From positions 744,001 to 808,000 of the forward strand of contig CDLV01000011.1 in assembly GCA_001244265.2 (NCBI GenBank): a stretch of 64,000 nt of DNA, written 5' to 3'. Positions within the stretch are counted from its first letter, which is position 1, and every line of letters begins with the position of its first letter. Made by a program: the position numbers and the translations under genes. Shown in pieces: positions 49,510 to 61,318 of this stretch. The notes under the pieces were generated by a model. It saw nothing but the letters and a program-made list of their open reading frames with translations. It was not told the DNA's origin and ran no database searches. The stretch is from Microbotryum violaceum. Lineage: Eukaryota.

Positions 49510-51390
49510 CTAGTGTTTCGAATGACGTGTACGCTTGGCCATCTTGCCGCTGTCTGGCTGTTTCGGCTGGCCATGGCGGTGGTGGTGATGGATACCGGCG
49601 TCACGGGGCGGGAAGTTGGAGTCGTAGAAGGAGTCGACCCAGTCGAGTTTATTTTTGAAAACCTTATGAATGCTGAACATTTCCGCTTGATCCGGTGTCA
49701 AGATGTGCTCGATCTGCTGAACGTTCGGTGCGGCGGTGAGAGGGGTTCCCGCGGGCAGAGCGGCTCGGGCCGTTGCGTTAAAACCCGGGCCCTGCGATCT
49801 GTATTCGGCGAAGAAGAGGGTCGAATTGATGCGAGGATCGCTGGAACTCCATTCGACAAAGCCAGCAGGGAGGATGTGGTCTTCCATTTCGGTGTGTAAG
49901 TAGACGGCGCGGGCAGCGCTGTTCCAGGGACGCGCAAGAGCCCTGCGAATATGAAACAGCGTTTAAAAACCATTTACGATCAACGATCATTCTGTAAAAC
50001 TCCTTAGTATGCTGTGGAGGGCATTTACACTTGGCGTGTGATGTTAAATTCGAGGTCGGGCGACTGCGCACATTGGCGTTATGCAGGGTCAGTGCCGACC
50101 ATGAACAGGATGCCTGAAGATGTAGAAGCTCACGGAAACTAGGTGGGAGTTGGAGATGTATCTGTATCGAAAGTACCAAAACAGGTTCAGCAACAATCTG
50201 CTGTTCAACTCGTGCAAGGGACGCACGCTCCGTATAGATTATCGACGGGCTGCAGCGATCCCTTCCAGGCGACAATTCCTCCGCCAGCACCCCTGCTACC
50301 GATTTGTGACTTCTCGACCCAGAGCGTGCCAAACCCTGTTTATTCAGGTTTTCAGCTTCATCGGCCTCAAAGAGACGTCACAAAAACAGCATGCGTGAGA
50401 ACTGACCGTAAAGGATGTCGGTCGCGCCGAGGATATTCGAGTCCAAGAACAAGACGGAAGCATTATGACCAACGTAAACCGTATCTTGGAAGCCTTGTCA
50501 GCAGCAGGGAGGAGAGGAGAGGATAAGCATCATATGGGCTTCATGTGTTCAGGGATGGTAGCCTACCAAAGGCACCGACGCCGTAGAAGGAGGCTTGGGC
50601 ATAAGAAACCGAAACGGCCAGGGCAGGACCGACGCGGGTAGGACCCCACCGCTGGTCGAGGTTGATGTTGTACATGCGGAAATCGGAGCAACCGAATTGT
50701 GACGGGTCGGTGATGAGAGGAGCTCCGGCGTATCCCGAGCCGGTGAGCGAGGCCTCGTACGACGGAGCGACCGAAAGCACGGCCGTCACCGCATTGTCAA
50801 AGTTGGACCCTTGAAAGTGCCCACCGGTGTTGTTTTGAGTGACTCCTGAAGAAAAGTAAACGGTGACTTGGTTCGCGCCCGATTCTTCCGTTTGACCCTG
50901 TGCCGAGCGGAGGAACCGGCGCGCTGACGAGCGTCAGTGCTCGTTCCACGGAGACGCTGGCCCCCGAGCCGCCTTCGGCAACAGATGATGACTTACAAGA
51001 ATGTACAATGGGCCTTTGCCTGTGACACAGACGTTCGATTTCAATGTTAGACTTGTATATCAGAAGATAGTGTAGGGTTCCGGGCTTACGAGTGACGTTG
51101 AGTTGTTCCTGGTAGCTACCCGCGCCAACGAGGATCGTCTGCGGCGACGTGTCTTTGGGCAAGCTATCGATTGCCTCTTGAATTCTATTGAATGAAGCCT
51201 TTGAGTCGTGGCCGGAGACGTAGATGGTGCCCTCGGGGCAGTTTTGGCGCTCAAACCCCGTGAAGGATTGGCATGCCTTTCGCTTATCGTTATTAGCGTG
51301 CTTGGCGGTGATCGAGGGGAGGACCGAGAGCGCGGCACTGGCGAACAGGAGCAGGCCCGCACTGGACGGCGCGAGGTTGAGCAGCTTCAT
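49510..51390 (-). CDS. Secreted pectin methylesterase (CE8, PmeB-like), copy 2; apparently intact, 8 exons, His/basic tail
   Basis: Signal peptide MKLLNLAPSSAGLLLFASAALS, CPEGTIYVS, AVLSVAPSYEASLTGSG, FGCSDFRMYNI, GPALAVSVSYA, GFQDTVYVG, TDILYGFG, IVAWKG, LARPWN, FAEYRSQGPG. Manual splicing gives an uninterrupted frame. Confidence 0.92.
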
Positions 51391-53207
51391 GATGGATTGG
51401 ACTGGGTGAGATACACCGTACCGGACAGTGTAGTGATAAGTAGGGAAGTGTGGATATGTAGATTGAAGCACAAATGTGGTGGAAAGGAAGAAGACCAAGG
51501 AGACAGATCTCGAGCCCAATATACGCTGCACGGGGTACGAGACTACTAGAGACTACTACGAAACTGTCAGTAGACTGCCCCTCTCGATACGACCGAGATC
51601 CGCCGAAACCCCTGACCGAGACGAACTTGAAGGTGAGACTAATAGCCGTTGGCGCAACGCCGCAGCGCCAACGGCTGACAATTACACGCGCAACCCTCAA
51701 TCGCACGAAACTCATGGGGCTGTAATCCACAATGTGGCAATAAACTTGACCAATTGCCAAGCTCGGTGTTTTCCAGCTGCAAGACATGACAACCTCAAAT
51801 TGTCAGCAATTGCCAGGGACGATATCGGCGGGCAGAACCGCCGACTCGCGTGCGAAGGGCCGAAACGCACAGGCTAGCGGGTCCATAATTTCCGACCTCT
51901 TCACGCCGAATGCCATACTCTGTATACCATGTCATGATGTTGTGATGTATTCCATCCCCTAAAGTAATCCAGGGGGAAAACATCGAGCTTTGCAGATAGT
52001 CAAATGGGCCTGTTGCGAATTGTAGCCACATGATTTCCATGCAGTTGCCAAGGGTTGTCGTCGATTCTCGTCGGATCTTTTAGAACCGATCACCGAAACG
52101 GAGTTCGAGGGGCTTCGAGCCTCTATCCAGGAGTCCAAGGGTCGCCTAGTGTCTCTGTAAGACACCAAAGGGGGTTTTAGTGGGTCTGGTTCAGGGTCAA
52201 TGAGTCCTACACTACTGGCTTCTGCCAGTGTGCGTAACAGCATTCCCTCCGACTTTTCCGAAGATTTCTAGGCATCAATATAATTATGCTATTAATGAAG
52301 TCTATCAAATAAATAAATAAAAGGGTTGCGCGCTAGTACGCATGCCGTACGGGGTCTCGCAATGAAAAGGTGAGCTGAGGTCTGACAGGGTCTGACCGCG
52401 ATCGGCGCTGGCCTCCCCATCCATTTGAAAGGGAAAGAAAAAACTTGGAAGAAATCATCACTGTACACACACAACTTGTAGATAACCGTACACACCCCGA
52501 ATTGCTCCCGCTTCAGTACGTGCCGCTTGAGAGATCGTGGCCGGTGAGAGGAGCACTTTCTGTTAAGGTTTTTTTGAGGGTAAAAACAGTCATCGTATTG
52601 CCCCTGATTGGCCTACGGAAAAGCTATAAGGAAGTCAACAATGATAGCGCAAACCGGGCCGGTGTCCACGAAACCAATAACGGGGTTCAAGTGCCCCAGC
52701 CAAGCGGTTGCCCGGTTGCTCGCCCCCAGGAAAGGGGATGCCTTGAAGGAACAGTCCCATAAGTAACCTCTGAGATCTGAGTAGCTAGAAGTATCGAGTT
52801 CTAGTTACGAATTGCTTCTAGCCTAGCGTTCAAGAACGACAGATTGTATTTTATGCACATCAGAGGCGCATAGCTTAGACTTTCCGAGATTGCCCGACGA
52901 CTTAAGACCGAGCGCGACCTAGTACTAGCCCTTTATGAGACGTAACCCCAAAGCTACTCCGAGAATCTGTGAGCTCTGGGAAGGGTTGTGGTGCTCAAGC
53001 GAATGTCGGAAACTGTTCGACAGCGAGTGCAAGTCTCTCTCTGGAAGCTTTTTGCAAGTGATCAAACTCAGCACTGAATCGTTCGCCGGCGAAGGGACTG
53101 CCGAGGTGGACGTAATTACTTTTGATCATCTTGTGCATTACTTTGGACCCTTGAAAATATGATAATTAAAACAGGGCTGGAGCTGTGTAGACTTTTGGTC
53201 CCTTCAC

Positions 53208-55081
53208 TTAGAATAGCACTCGACGTGATCCCTTGACCTTCCTGGTGTGACTGTCCCTCTTGTGGCCATGGCTGCGGTGCTGGCGATCGCCAACCGAAGC
53301 CGCAAAGCTTCCGTCGTCATAGAAGAAGTCGACCCAGCCGAGATTGCTACCAAAGACCTTGCTGAAGCTGGACATGTTCGCTTGAGGCGCGGTCAAGATG
53401 TGCTCAATGTGCTGAGCGTCCGTTGCGGGGGCGGTGAGAGGGGTTCCCGCGGTCAGAGCGGCTCGGGCCGTTGCGTTGAAGCCCGGGCCGCTCGAGTTGT
53501 ATTCGGCGTAGAAGAGGGTGAAATTGAGTCGGGGATCAGTGGCGCTCCATTCGATGAAACCGGCGGGGAGGATATGGTCGTCCATGTAGGTGTCTAAGTA
53601 GATGGTGCGGGAAGCGTTGTTCCAGGGGCGACCTAGGGCACTAGAGAAGGGCAGATAGCACTCGGTGGTCAGACGATGCGTACGTTCTAGATCGCAAGAA
53701 TTTTTTTCGGAGACTCACACTTTGTGGGTGATGTTAAGGGTAGCGTTGAGATCGGGCGCCTGCGCAGTCACGACGGAGTAGTAGATTGGGGTTTTAGTGC
53801 AGTTCCGTTACACTGCAGCCTGGAAAGTTGCGATGGCTCACTCAGATTAAGCGCGAGTTAGAGATGTAACTATATAAAGAAGCACCGGATAATATCAATT
53901 ACAATCCTTTGAGCCCTTGCACTTCGCTTCGTGACTAACGCTCCGTAGAGATTCCCTGCCGGCTGCACCGATCCTTTCCACGCGACAATGCCTCCACCGG
54001 CACCCCTGCTGCCTAGAGTTGAGCTCTCGATCCAGAGCGAGCCGAAACCTGTTCATATTTCAACTTTATTCAGTCTTCCTTGAGGCGCCCGGTAAACCTC
54101 GTGCATGAAGTTACTGACCGTAAAGGAAGTCGGTTGCTCCGCGGATGTCCGAGTCTAAGAACAGGACGGAGGCGTTGTGACCCGCGTAGACGGTATCCTG
54201 GTAGCCTGTCAAGCACAACAGAAGAAGAAAGGATCAGGTTCGTGGTGACTTGTTGAGACTGGAAGTGCGACGTACCGAAGACGCCGACACCGTAGAAGGA
54301 GGCGTTGGCGTAAGAAACCGAAACGGCAAGGGCAGGCCCGGTGTTGACAGGGCCCCACTCTTGGTCGAGGTCCATGTTGTACATGCGGAAATCGGAGCAG
54401 CCGGACTGAGAGGTATCCGTGATGAGGGGATCTCCGGTGTATCCCGCGCCGGTGAGCGAGGCATTGTATGAAGGGGCGACGGAGAGGACGGCGGTCGCGC
54501 CGTTGTCGATGTTGGAAGATTGGAAGACGCCACCGACGCTGACTTGAGTGGTACCCTTGGAGAAGAAGGCGGTGACTTGGTTCGTGGTGGAGCCACCAGT
54601 TTGGCCCTGTTTTGGGTCAGGCGTAAATTTGGTCGTCAGTACCCAAGGTTGATGTGCTCCCGAGCGCGAGGTCTGAAGCTTTAACTCACGTAAAGGTACA
54701 ACGGCCCCTTACCTGTTCGGCAGAAAGTGATCGCAGATTAGAGTCTGCTATATTGTTCACTTAGACGAAAAGATCACAGTTACGGGTGACATTGAGTTGT
54801 TCCTGGTAGTGGCCAGCGCCGACGACGATCGTCTTCGCGGAGGTATCGCTTGGCAAGCTTGCGATGGCGGCCGAGATGGTCTTGAAGTGAGCGTTGGAAT
54901 CCGTGCGGGAAACATAGAGGGTACCTGGGGGGCAGTTCTTGGGCTCAAAGCACTTGGTGAAACCTTGGCATGCGAGACGCTTGTCGTTGGGATGCTTGGC
55001 GGCGATCGAGGGGAGGAGCGAGAGGGCGGCGTTCGTGAATAGGAGTAGCGCCGAACTGAAGGGTGCGACGGGGAGGAGCAT
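53208..55081 (-). pseudogene. Pectin methylesterase (CE8, PmeB-like), copy 3, with a premature in-frame TGA (probable pseudogene or null allele)
   Basis: Same exon structure as copy 2 (GYQDTVYAG, TDFLYGFG, LGRPWN). Exon 6 reads YISNSRLI-TGA (53844-53842) immediately before the GTGAGC donor. Confidence 0.8.
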
Positions 55082-56583
55082 CGTGGTCGAATGCCGGCCG
55101 AGAACGAGGTCGGGCTGGTGGTGTGGGGGGGTTCCGGTATCGAGCCAGAAAAAGCTCGAGGTTTCAAAGGGGTGTGTAGATGTAGACGGAAGGAAAGAGA
55201 AAGAGATCGTACGTAGCATCTGCCGCTCAAATGACCTAACCAACCGGAGACGGAATGGAACGGTCGTTGATCACACTAAACGGAGGACATGGCGAAAGGG
55301 GGGCACCGATCACTCGCTTTCCTCGTGGGACACGGGCAGGCTCGCCGTCCATCCCAACCTCACCTTCTCATGGAACTATGTTTAGGACCCCCGGAAACAA
55401 GGGAGAGGTACACAAATGGACTACAGAAGCTGGGAACGGGTCTCATTTCGCGCTACTGATGCTACGGTATTTGGTTCCGGTCACTGGAAGTAGGTGGGAG
55501 AAGGTTGGTGGTGGAATTGCACCTTGAGCGAGGTGCTACTAGCGGGTCTCCGGAGTCCGGAGATGACGGCCCGCAAGCCGCAAGGCTATTAGTACGTGGC
55601 CCCGCATCTTTCTCCACAGATGATCGGGGGACTGCACGTTCGCAGGATTCGAGTGTAGCGATATATTTAGGCGGGATACACTTAGGTGCACTATCCAAAA
55701 GTCAAGACACCATCTTATTCGGCCGCGATGGGTGCTACCTGAGAAAAGGCTCACATCGATCGCCCGACAACAGCTCCGTACAAAACTGGGCCGACGACGG
55801 ACGACCTTGCCCGAGGATATACCTTAGACGGGGTCTCGGGATTCCTTCGTGGTAAGACATCTGCGTGGAAGAAGAGCGTGGCCGGGAATTTTTACTCGAG
55901 CGATCACCGTGAATATGCTAGGGTCCAAGAGGGTTGTGCGAAATGCGGCGAATGTCGAGTAGCATGACGACGAAATTCGGTGCCCGCTGAGACCCAATCA
56001 AGCCCCTGGCAGTCGCTGGGCTCGTTCATATGGTAGTATTTGGTGATAGTCCTGGCATCCCCTTAAGTATCAGAGGATCAATATTCTTAAGTAATGCTTG
56101 GGTCAATCTGCAGCCTCTTACACATGTGGTTTCACCGGGCTCAAGCGGGATCGAAATCTGTTGCCGGTCAATGGCCTTCGATGTGGCGACTCCTCGAGGC
56201 GACGGAACAGAGGGAGGCATCGAATGATCCAACAAGACCGAAATGTGTCAGCTGTAGGAGACGGTCAGTTATGGTGGTCAGAGTTCTACACCTGCGCTTT
56301 CAGCGCGAAGAATTGTTGGGCTTCGCAAACTTCGCAAACTTGGCAAAGTCGGGCCGATGAGTCGCCAGCGGAGTGCTTTTCATTTTGTGAGGTTTTGGGC
56401 GAGTTTTGCGACGCGTATGAAGGCGCGGTGGGGAACGGGTGGCCGACGACGACACGTTTAAAGCGCGTCAGCGTGTCGCCCTCACCAGCTCTCCCCAGGA
56501 TCCACCGACAGAGACCGCCGTACTCCTTTCATCACCCAGCATCCTAGACACGAGTGTTCATAACTGACGGGGCCCAATGAACC

Positions 56584-58807
56584 ATGTCGTCGGACCGGGT
56601 CCTCTTCCACTGCCCCTGCTGCGAGCCCGTCTCCGTCAAACGACCTCCTCCGTCCGAAGCGCCCCTATCGACGTTTGGGCACCACGAGCTATCGTCCCTA
56701 CTCTTTTGCGAGGAATGCGATGCGATTAGATGCTCGACCTGCGTCGCTTTCGAGATTGCGTGTTGGTACTGTCCGACGTGCTTGTTCGAAGTGCCGTCGG
56801 CTTCGGTGCGAGGGGAGAAGAACAGGTCGGTTTGCGGAACTGAGCTCACTTGGAAGGTCGCCTCGGGACCAGAGCACACGAGATAACCGCCTGCATATTT
56901 TTACCTGATGCATCAGATGTGCGCGCAACTGTTTTCAATGCCCACAATGCTCGCACTCTCTCTCGGCGGTCCCGTCCGACCCAGACCCTTCACACCCTCC
57001 AGCCTCAGCTGCCGCCTCGATCGGTGAAGCACCTTACTTCCTTGCGTGCACCGTCTGTCGATGGGATTCAAAGTCCGTTGGAATCATTTTTGATAAGCCG
57101 ACCGGTCTAGCGCGTGAGTTTACTGGATGGTGCTTTGGACTCTGTAAACACTCGGGGCCCGACCCGCTGAATATTGTTCCCGAATATCGTCATTCCCGGG
57201 CTCCAACAGAACAACTGCAGAAACTCGACGACGGTTCATCCGAGCTGACCGAATTCGATCGGCTCAAAGATCATTTCGAGCCCTACATCCGACGAGGACA
57301 AGCCCACGCCTCAGCCTCGACCACCACGGGAGCTCTGGCCCCCAGCACGATGCCTGCTTCGACCTCGTCGACGATCGCTTCTTCAGTCCTCAAGGATATT
57401 CCAGGATTGGGGAATCGCTATGCTCATCTTCTTGGTGGGATGGGGACGAGAAGTGGGAAAGGTGCTGAAGCGGTCAATGGTGCAAGGGACGAGTTGGAGC
57501 CTTATGAAGCTCTTGTCCCGGCCAACGGGTCGGTGGAGAAAGGGAAGGGAGTAGAGCGGGACGATGAGCTCGTACGCGAGATGGAGAGCTTGCAGGACTT
57601 TGAGCAGGTCGCTGCGCTTGAGAAGAGGTGGACGAATAGCTGGGACGCGTTGGAGTTGAGAGGGGTCATGACTGAGTGAGTTCCTTCCATCTCTGGACGC
57701 GAGGCTACAAGTACTGATATCACATTCCCCGACGGGTCGCCAATCCACAGCTCACTTCGACCTCTCCGAACGCTACTTCAAGCCAAACGATCCAAACGCT
57801 GCCCGATCTGCAAGCACATCTTGATCAAGCCTGAACAGAAAGCCGCGTCGACCCGCTTCAAGATCAAGCTCGTCGCGTCCAACTACCTCCCTTCCATCGA
57901 CGTGTACCGTCGACCCCCCGCAACGATCGGAAGTCGACTGAGCGCGATTGCGGCGGGTACGGCTTCGCTACGTCGTGCTGGTCCGAGGGGGAGTGGGATT
58001 GGAGCTTCGATTAGTGGCCCGAAGGGGATGGTGGAGATGGATGAGGAACCGCTCAGACCGGGGAGGACGTATACATACGAATTGTCGTTCACGAATCCGC
58101 TGTACGAATCTATTCAAGTGCGGTTGGCTGTAGCTCGTCCGACGGCTTCGACCAAGGCAGTGGGAGCGGCGAGGACGGATACAGGGGCCGATCCAGGTGT
58201 ATCGACGCTAGCTACGGCTCCCCCTCCTTATGCAGTCAATCTACCCTCGGGCTACTTCCCCATCTCGGCTTACGCGGAAGAATGGGAATTCGAAGACGAC
58301 GACCAAAGGATGGACTCGGACGACGAAGATTCCGAGGAGAGTGCGGGTGGTGGAGGGGGTGGGGAGGGAGGGGACGCGCCGAAGAGTAAAAGGGCGAGGA
58401 ACGCGGCGATGGGGATTGTTGAGAGGAAGATGAATAGGACGACGGTGGCGATGGAGGTTGCTGTAGGTAGGGAAACGGTTGGGCCTATTAAGGTGGGGTT
58501 GAACCGGTCTATGGGGTCGACGTGTGGTGCGGCTTACTGACGGCACTCTTGGGCTCTCGGATAGGCGAACATGCTCGTCACTTACGTCTACCACAACGGC
58601 GAATCAACGTCTGCACCACCCGGGTCACCCCTCCTGTCCCCCGTCAAAGGCGGGATGGGGACGGGTGGGGGAACCAAGTCGGCGTCTTCGGATGTCAAGA
58701 CGTTCACTTTCTGGACATTGTTCAACCTCGGGACGGTAACGCCGCGAACAACGGCTGGGTCGAGCGAGGCGAGGAAGAGTATCATAGTTCCCAATTCGAG
58801 TGGTTGA
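56584..58807 (+). CDS. Dynactin subunit 4 (p62) family protein
   Basis: LLFCEECDAIRC..C..EIACWYCPTCLFEVPSASVRGEKNRCARNCFQCPQC, LRPLRTLLQAKRSKRCPICKHILIKPEQKAASTRFKIKLVASNYLP, FTNPLYESIQVRL. Confidence 0.92.
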
Positions 58808-59261
58808 TAGGGGTATACTTTTCGTAAGGTTTTTAAGGGTTTGCAATTTGTTCGCTGGGTCGGGGCGAGTGAGCCTTGGGATGGAGTCAGAAGAGCCCTC
58901 GACTCAGTGTACTCAGTGCCGTTGAGCATGTAAGCCGAGGAAGCGCGTGCGCCCGGGCCTTAGCGCATTTCGCAATGCGCCATTATTACTAGCCGATGAT
59001 AAATTAATTTCTGTCGCCTGCCCATAGGATGCCCTCGCACGGAGCCCTGCCAGCTGCTGTTGCTGCTGCCCCAAATCGCACCGTTCCCAGCTCGCCCAGC
59101 AAGCTAGCATTGGCACTGTAAGTCCACCACAACAGCTGCGTCGCTCTGTTGGACCGTACTCAAGCGTCTCATTCTACCGACAGTCCTCGCTCAGCCCTTC
59201 TTCACACGGCCGATCCCTTTTCCTCTTCGTGCGAGCTACCCACCACGCGACGCCCACCAGA

Positions 59262-60320
59262 ATGGTCGTCGTCTCCTCCACTACAGCGACTCAACGACTG
59301 CTCGTGCGTTCGTTGACGACCTCGACGAGGATACTCAACCCAGTCGCTGGTGCTTCACCTTCGTCTGCACCGTCGCCGTCTTCTTCCTCTTCGACGAGCC
59401 CGTCGATCCACGAACGACAATCGCGCCAACGACAACCGCAATCGATCCTCCACGTCGCCGATGCAGGAGGTGCCACCATGGCAGCGACGTTGCGAGCGAT
59501 CGAGTTGACCAAAGCGAGGAAGGAGAGTGCCTCCCCTTCATCTACGACTACGCAACCCGCGCGAGGAGCTCGTCAACCCCCCGCCTTCATTGGTGAAGGT
59601 GGTCTAGGCAGTCTCTTGAGCCGTCGGCGAAGAGCCCAAGGTGTTGTCTACGATCAAGATGCCCAAGAAATCGGAGCGCTCGCTTCTTCAGCGCCTAGCC
59701 CTACAGCACGGCTATCGAACACGGGAGCTTCACCTCGTTTCCCCCGCGCGACTACGCCTTTGCCAAGCTCGAATGAACGTCGTTCTGAACGTCTTCAATC
59801 GTCCTCGGGTGATCCGTCCTCCGCTTCCGTTTTCACCCCTCGCGAACGAAGAGAATCTCGACCTCCTTCCTCCTCATCCTCATCCGGACTGCGCCCACCG
59901 CGATCTGGCCCTCCTTCCCAAGCTCGAGGAGGACCTCAACCCCCGCCGCCCACAGCTAGACGACCCCAGGCCTCTTCTCGTTCCTCTTCCCCGCGCGAAA
60001 GGAAACCTTTCAACAAACAAGAAGAATCCCATCCTTTACCTCCGTTGGTCATTCCCAAATACGTCCAAATCCCAACTCTGGATCTCTCCGCCTTACCTTC
60101 CTCCACTCCCGCTCCAACAAAGACGACCAAACCTTCGGCGGCTAAGAAAGCTTACGATGCCTATTTGGGCGTTAGGACGATGGATGAAGCAACGACCTTG
60201 GGCGAACGACAACGGGGCGTTTTATTGCATGCCAACGGGTTGTTGAGTAGGAACCCTAGTGTAGGGTTGAAGGGGAGGCAAGTGGTGTTGAAAAAGGTGG
60301 AGGAGGCGCTGATGAGGTAG
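59262..60320 (+). CDS. Hypothetical protein, possibly mitochondrion-targeted; largely disordered with a short helical C-terminus
   Basis: Single ORF of about 352 codons. N-terminus QRLLVRSLTTSTRIL resembles a presequence; C-terminus LLSRNPSVGLKGRQVVLKKVEEALMR. Confidence 0.65.
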   Translation: MVVVSSTTATQRLLVRSLTTSTRILNPVAGASPSSAPSPSSSSSTSPSIHERQSRQRQPQSILHVADAGGATMAATLRAIELTKARKESASPSSTTTQPARGARQPPAFIGEGGLGSLLSRRRRAQGVVYDQDAQEIGALASSAPSPTARLSNTGASPRFPRATTPLPSSNERRSERLQSSSGDPSSASVFTPRERRESRPPSSSSSSGLRPPRSGPPSQARGGPQPPPPTARRPQASSRSSSPRERKPFNKQEESHPLPPLVIPKYVQIPTLDLSALPSSTPAPTKTTKPSAAKKAYDAYLGVRTMDEATTLGERQRGVLLHANGLLSRNPSVGLKGRQVVLKKVEEALMR

Positions 60321-61318
60321 ATGGAGATGGGGGTGTGAAAAGAGGGTAAAAGTGATGGGTATGAGTAGACTACTATGCTTTGTATTGTGACGATGATGAT
60401 GATAATGCCAATAGCTGCATTGAACTGAGGATCATGCAATTCGTGAAACCCCGGACATGCTTTCAAAAGGCGAGGAAATTGCAAAACTTCTCGCGGCGCG
60501 GAAGGAGAAAAATTGTAACTTGAGATGGGGTCAAAGACTGGAGCAAGGTTGAAAGATCGAGGGTAAAGGGCAACTGGGGTCTGGAGAAAAGGGCTGTTGA
60601 AAGCCCTCATTCGGAAGCGAGACGGGGAAGCTAGAAAAGGCCAAAGTAGGAGCGCGGGAGAAAGAGAACGAAGGGACTGTTGAGAATCCGACTATAGAGG
60701 GGAATGGGAAGAAACATGGGGAAGAGACTGTTGAAAGTCTTGGAATTTGTCACGAGGACGATGGAAATCTTGGGGTGGAGAAAGGAAGAAGGGCGAAGGG
60801 CAAAGATGGGGGCAGAGGGCGCGGATCGCAGTTGATTACGAGTGCGGCAGAAGAGGGAACTTTGACGGGCGATGCGATTGAACATTACCGGCCAAGAGGA
60901 AGAGGATGACGTACGAGTACAGTGCTGGACGAGACGAGGGATGAAAGTCGACCGACAAGGAACCCAATTTTGTTTGAACTTTGTCGAAGAACTTGTTTGA
61001 GGGTATGATACGATGAGAAGACTGACGATACTGAACGCTGTTTCGGTCGTTCGCACTCATACAGAGAATGCATTGCTCCAGTCAGAAATGTGCCGCACAC
61101 GGTCGAGTCGAAAATTGGAATGGGAACCGAGGTTGACGAAGGCGGCCCCGTGCGAAAATGGTGGTACATCATACAGACGATGTCGACATCCCAAGGCACG
61201 AGACCAAACTAAAAAGAGACCGATCATGACCGGCATGAATGTACACGAGAAAGGAAGGTGAAATCCGTATGTCGCACGATAAATAGGCGACCGCACACCC
61301 GAAGAACCTCGAGCCATA

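Noticed and set aside
51400-53200. Several 60-160-aa ORFs between PME copies 2 and 3
   Set aside because: No domain similarity or splice-consistent model; treated as intergenic or decayed repeat DNA.
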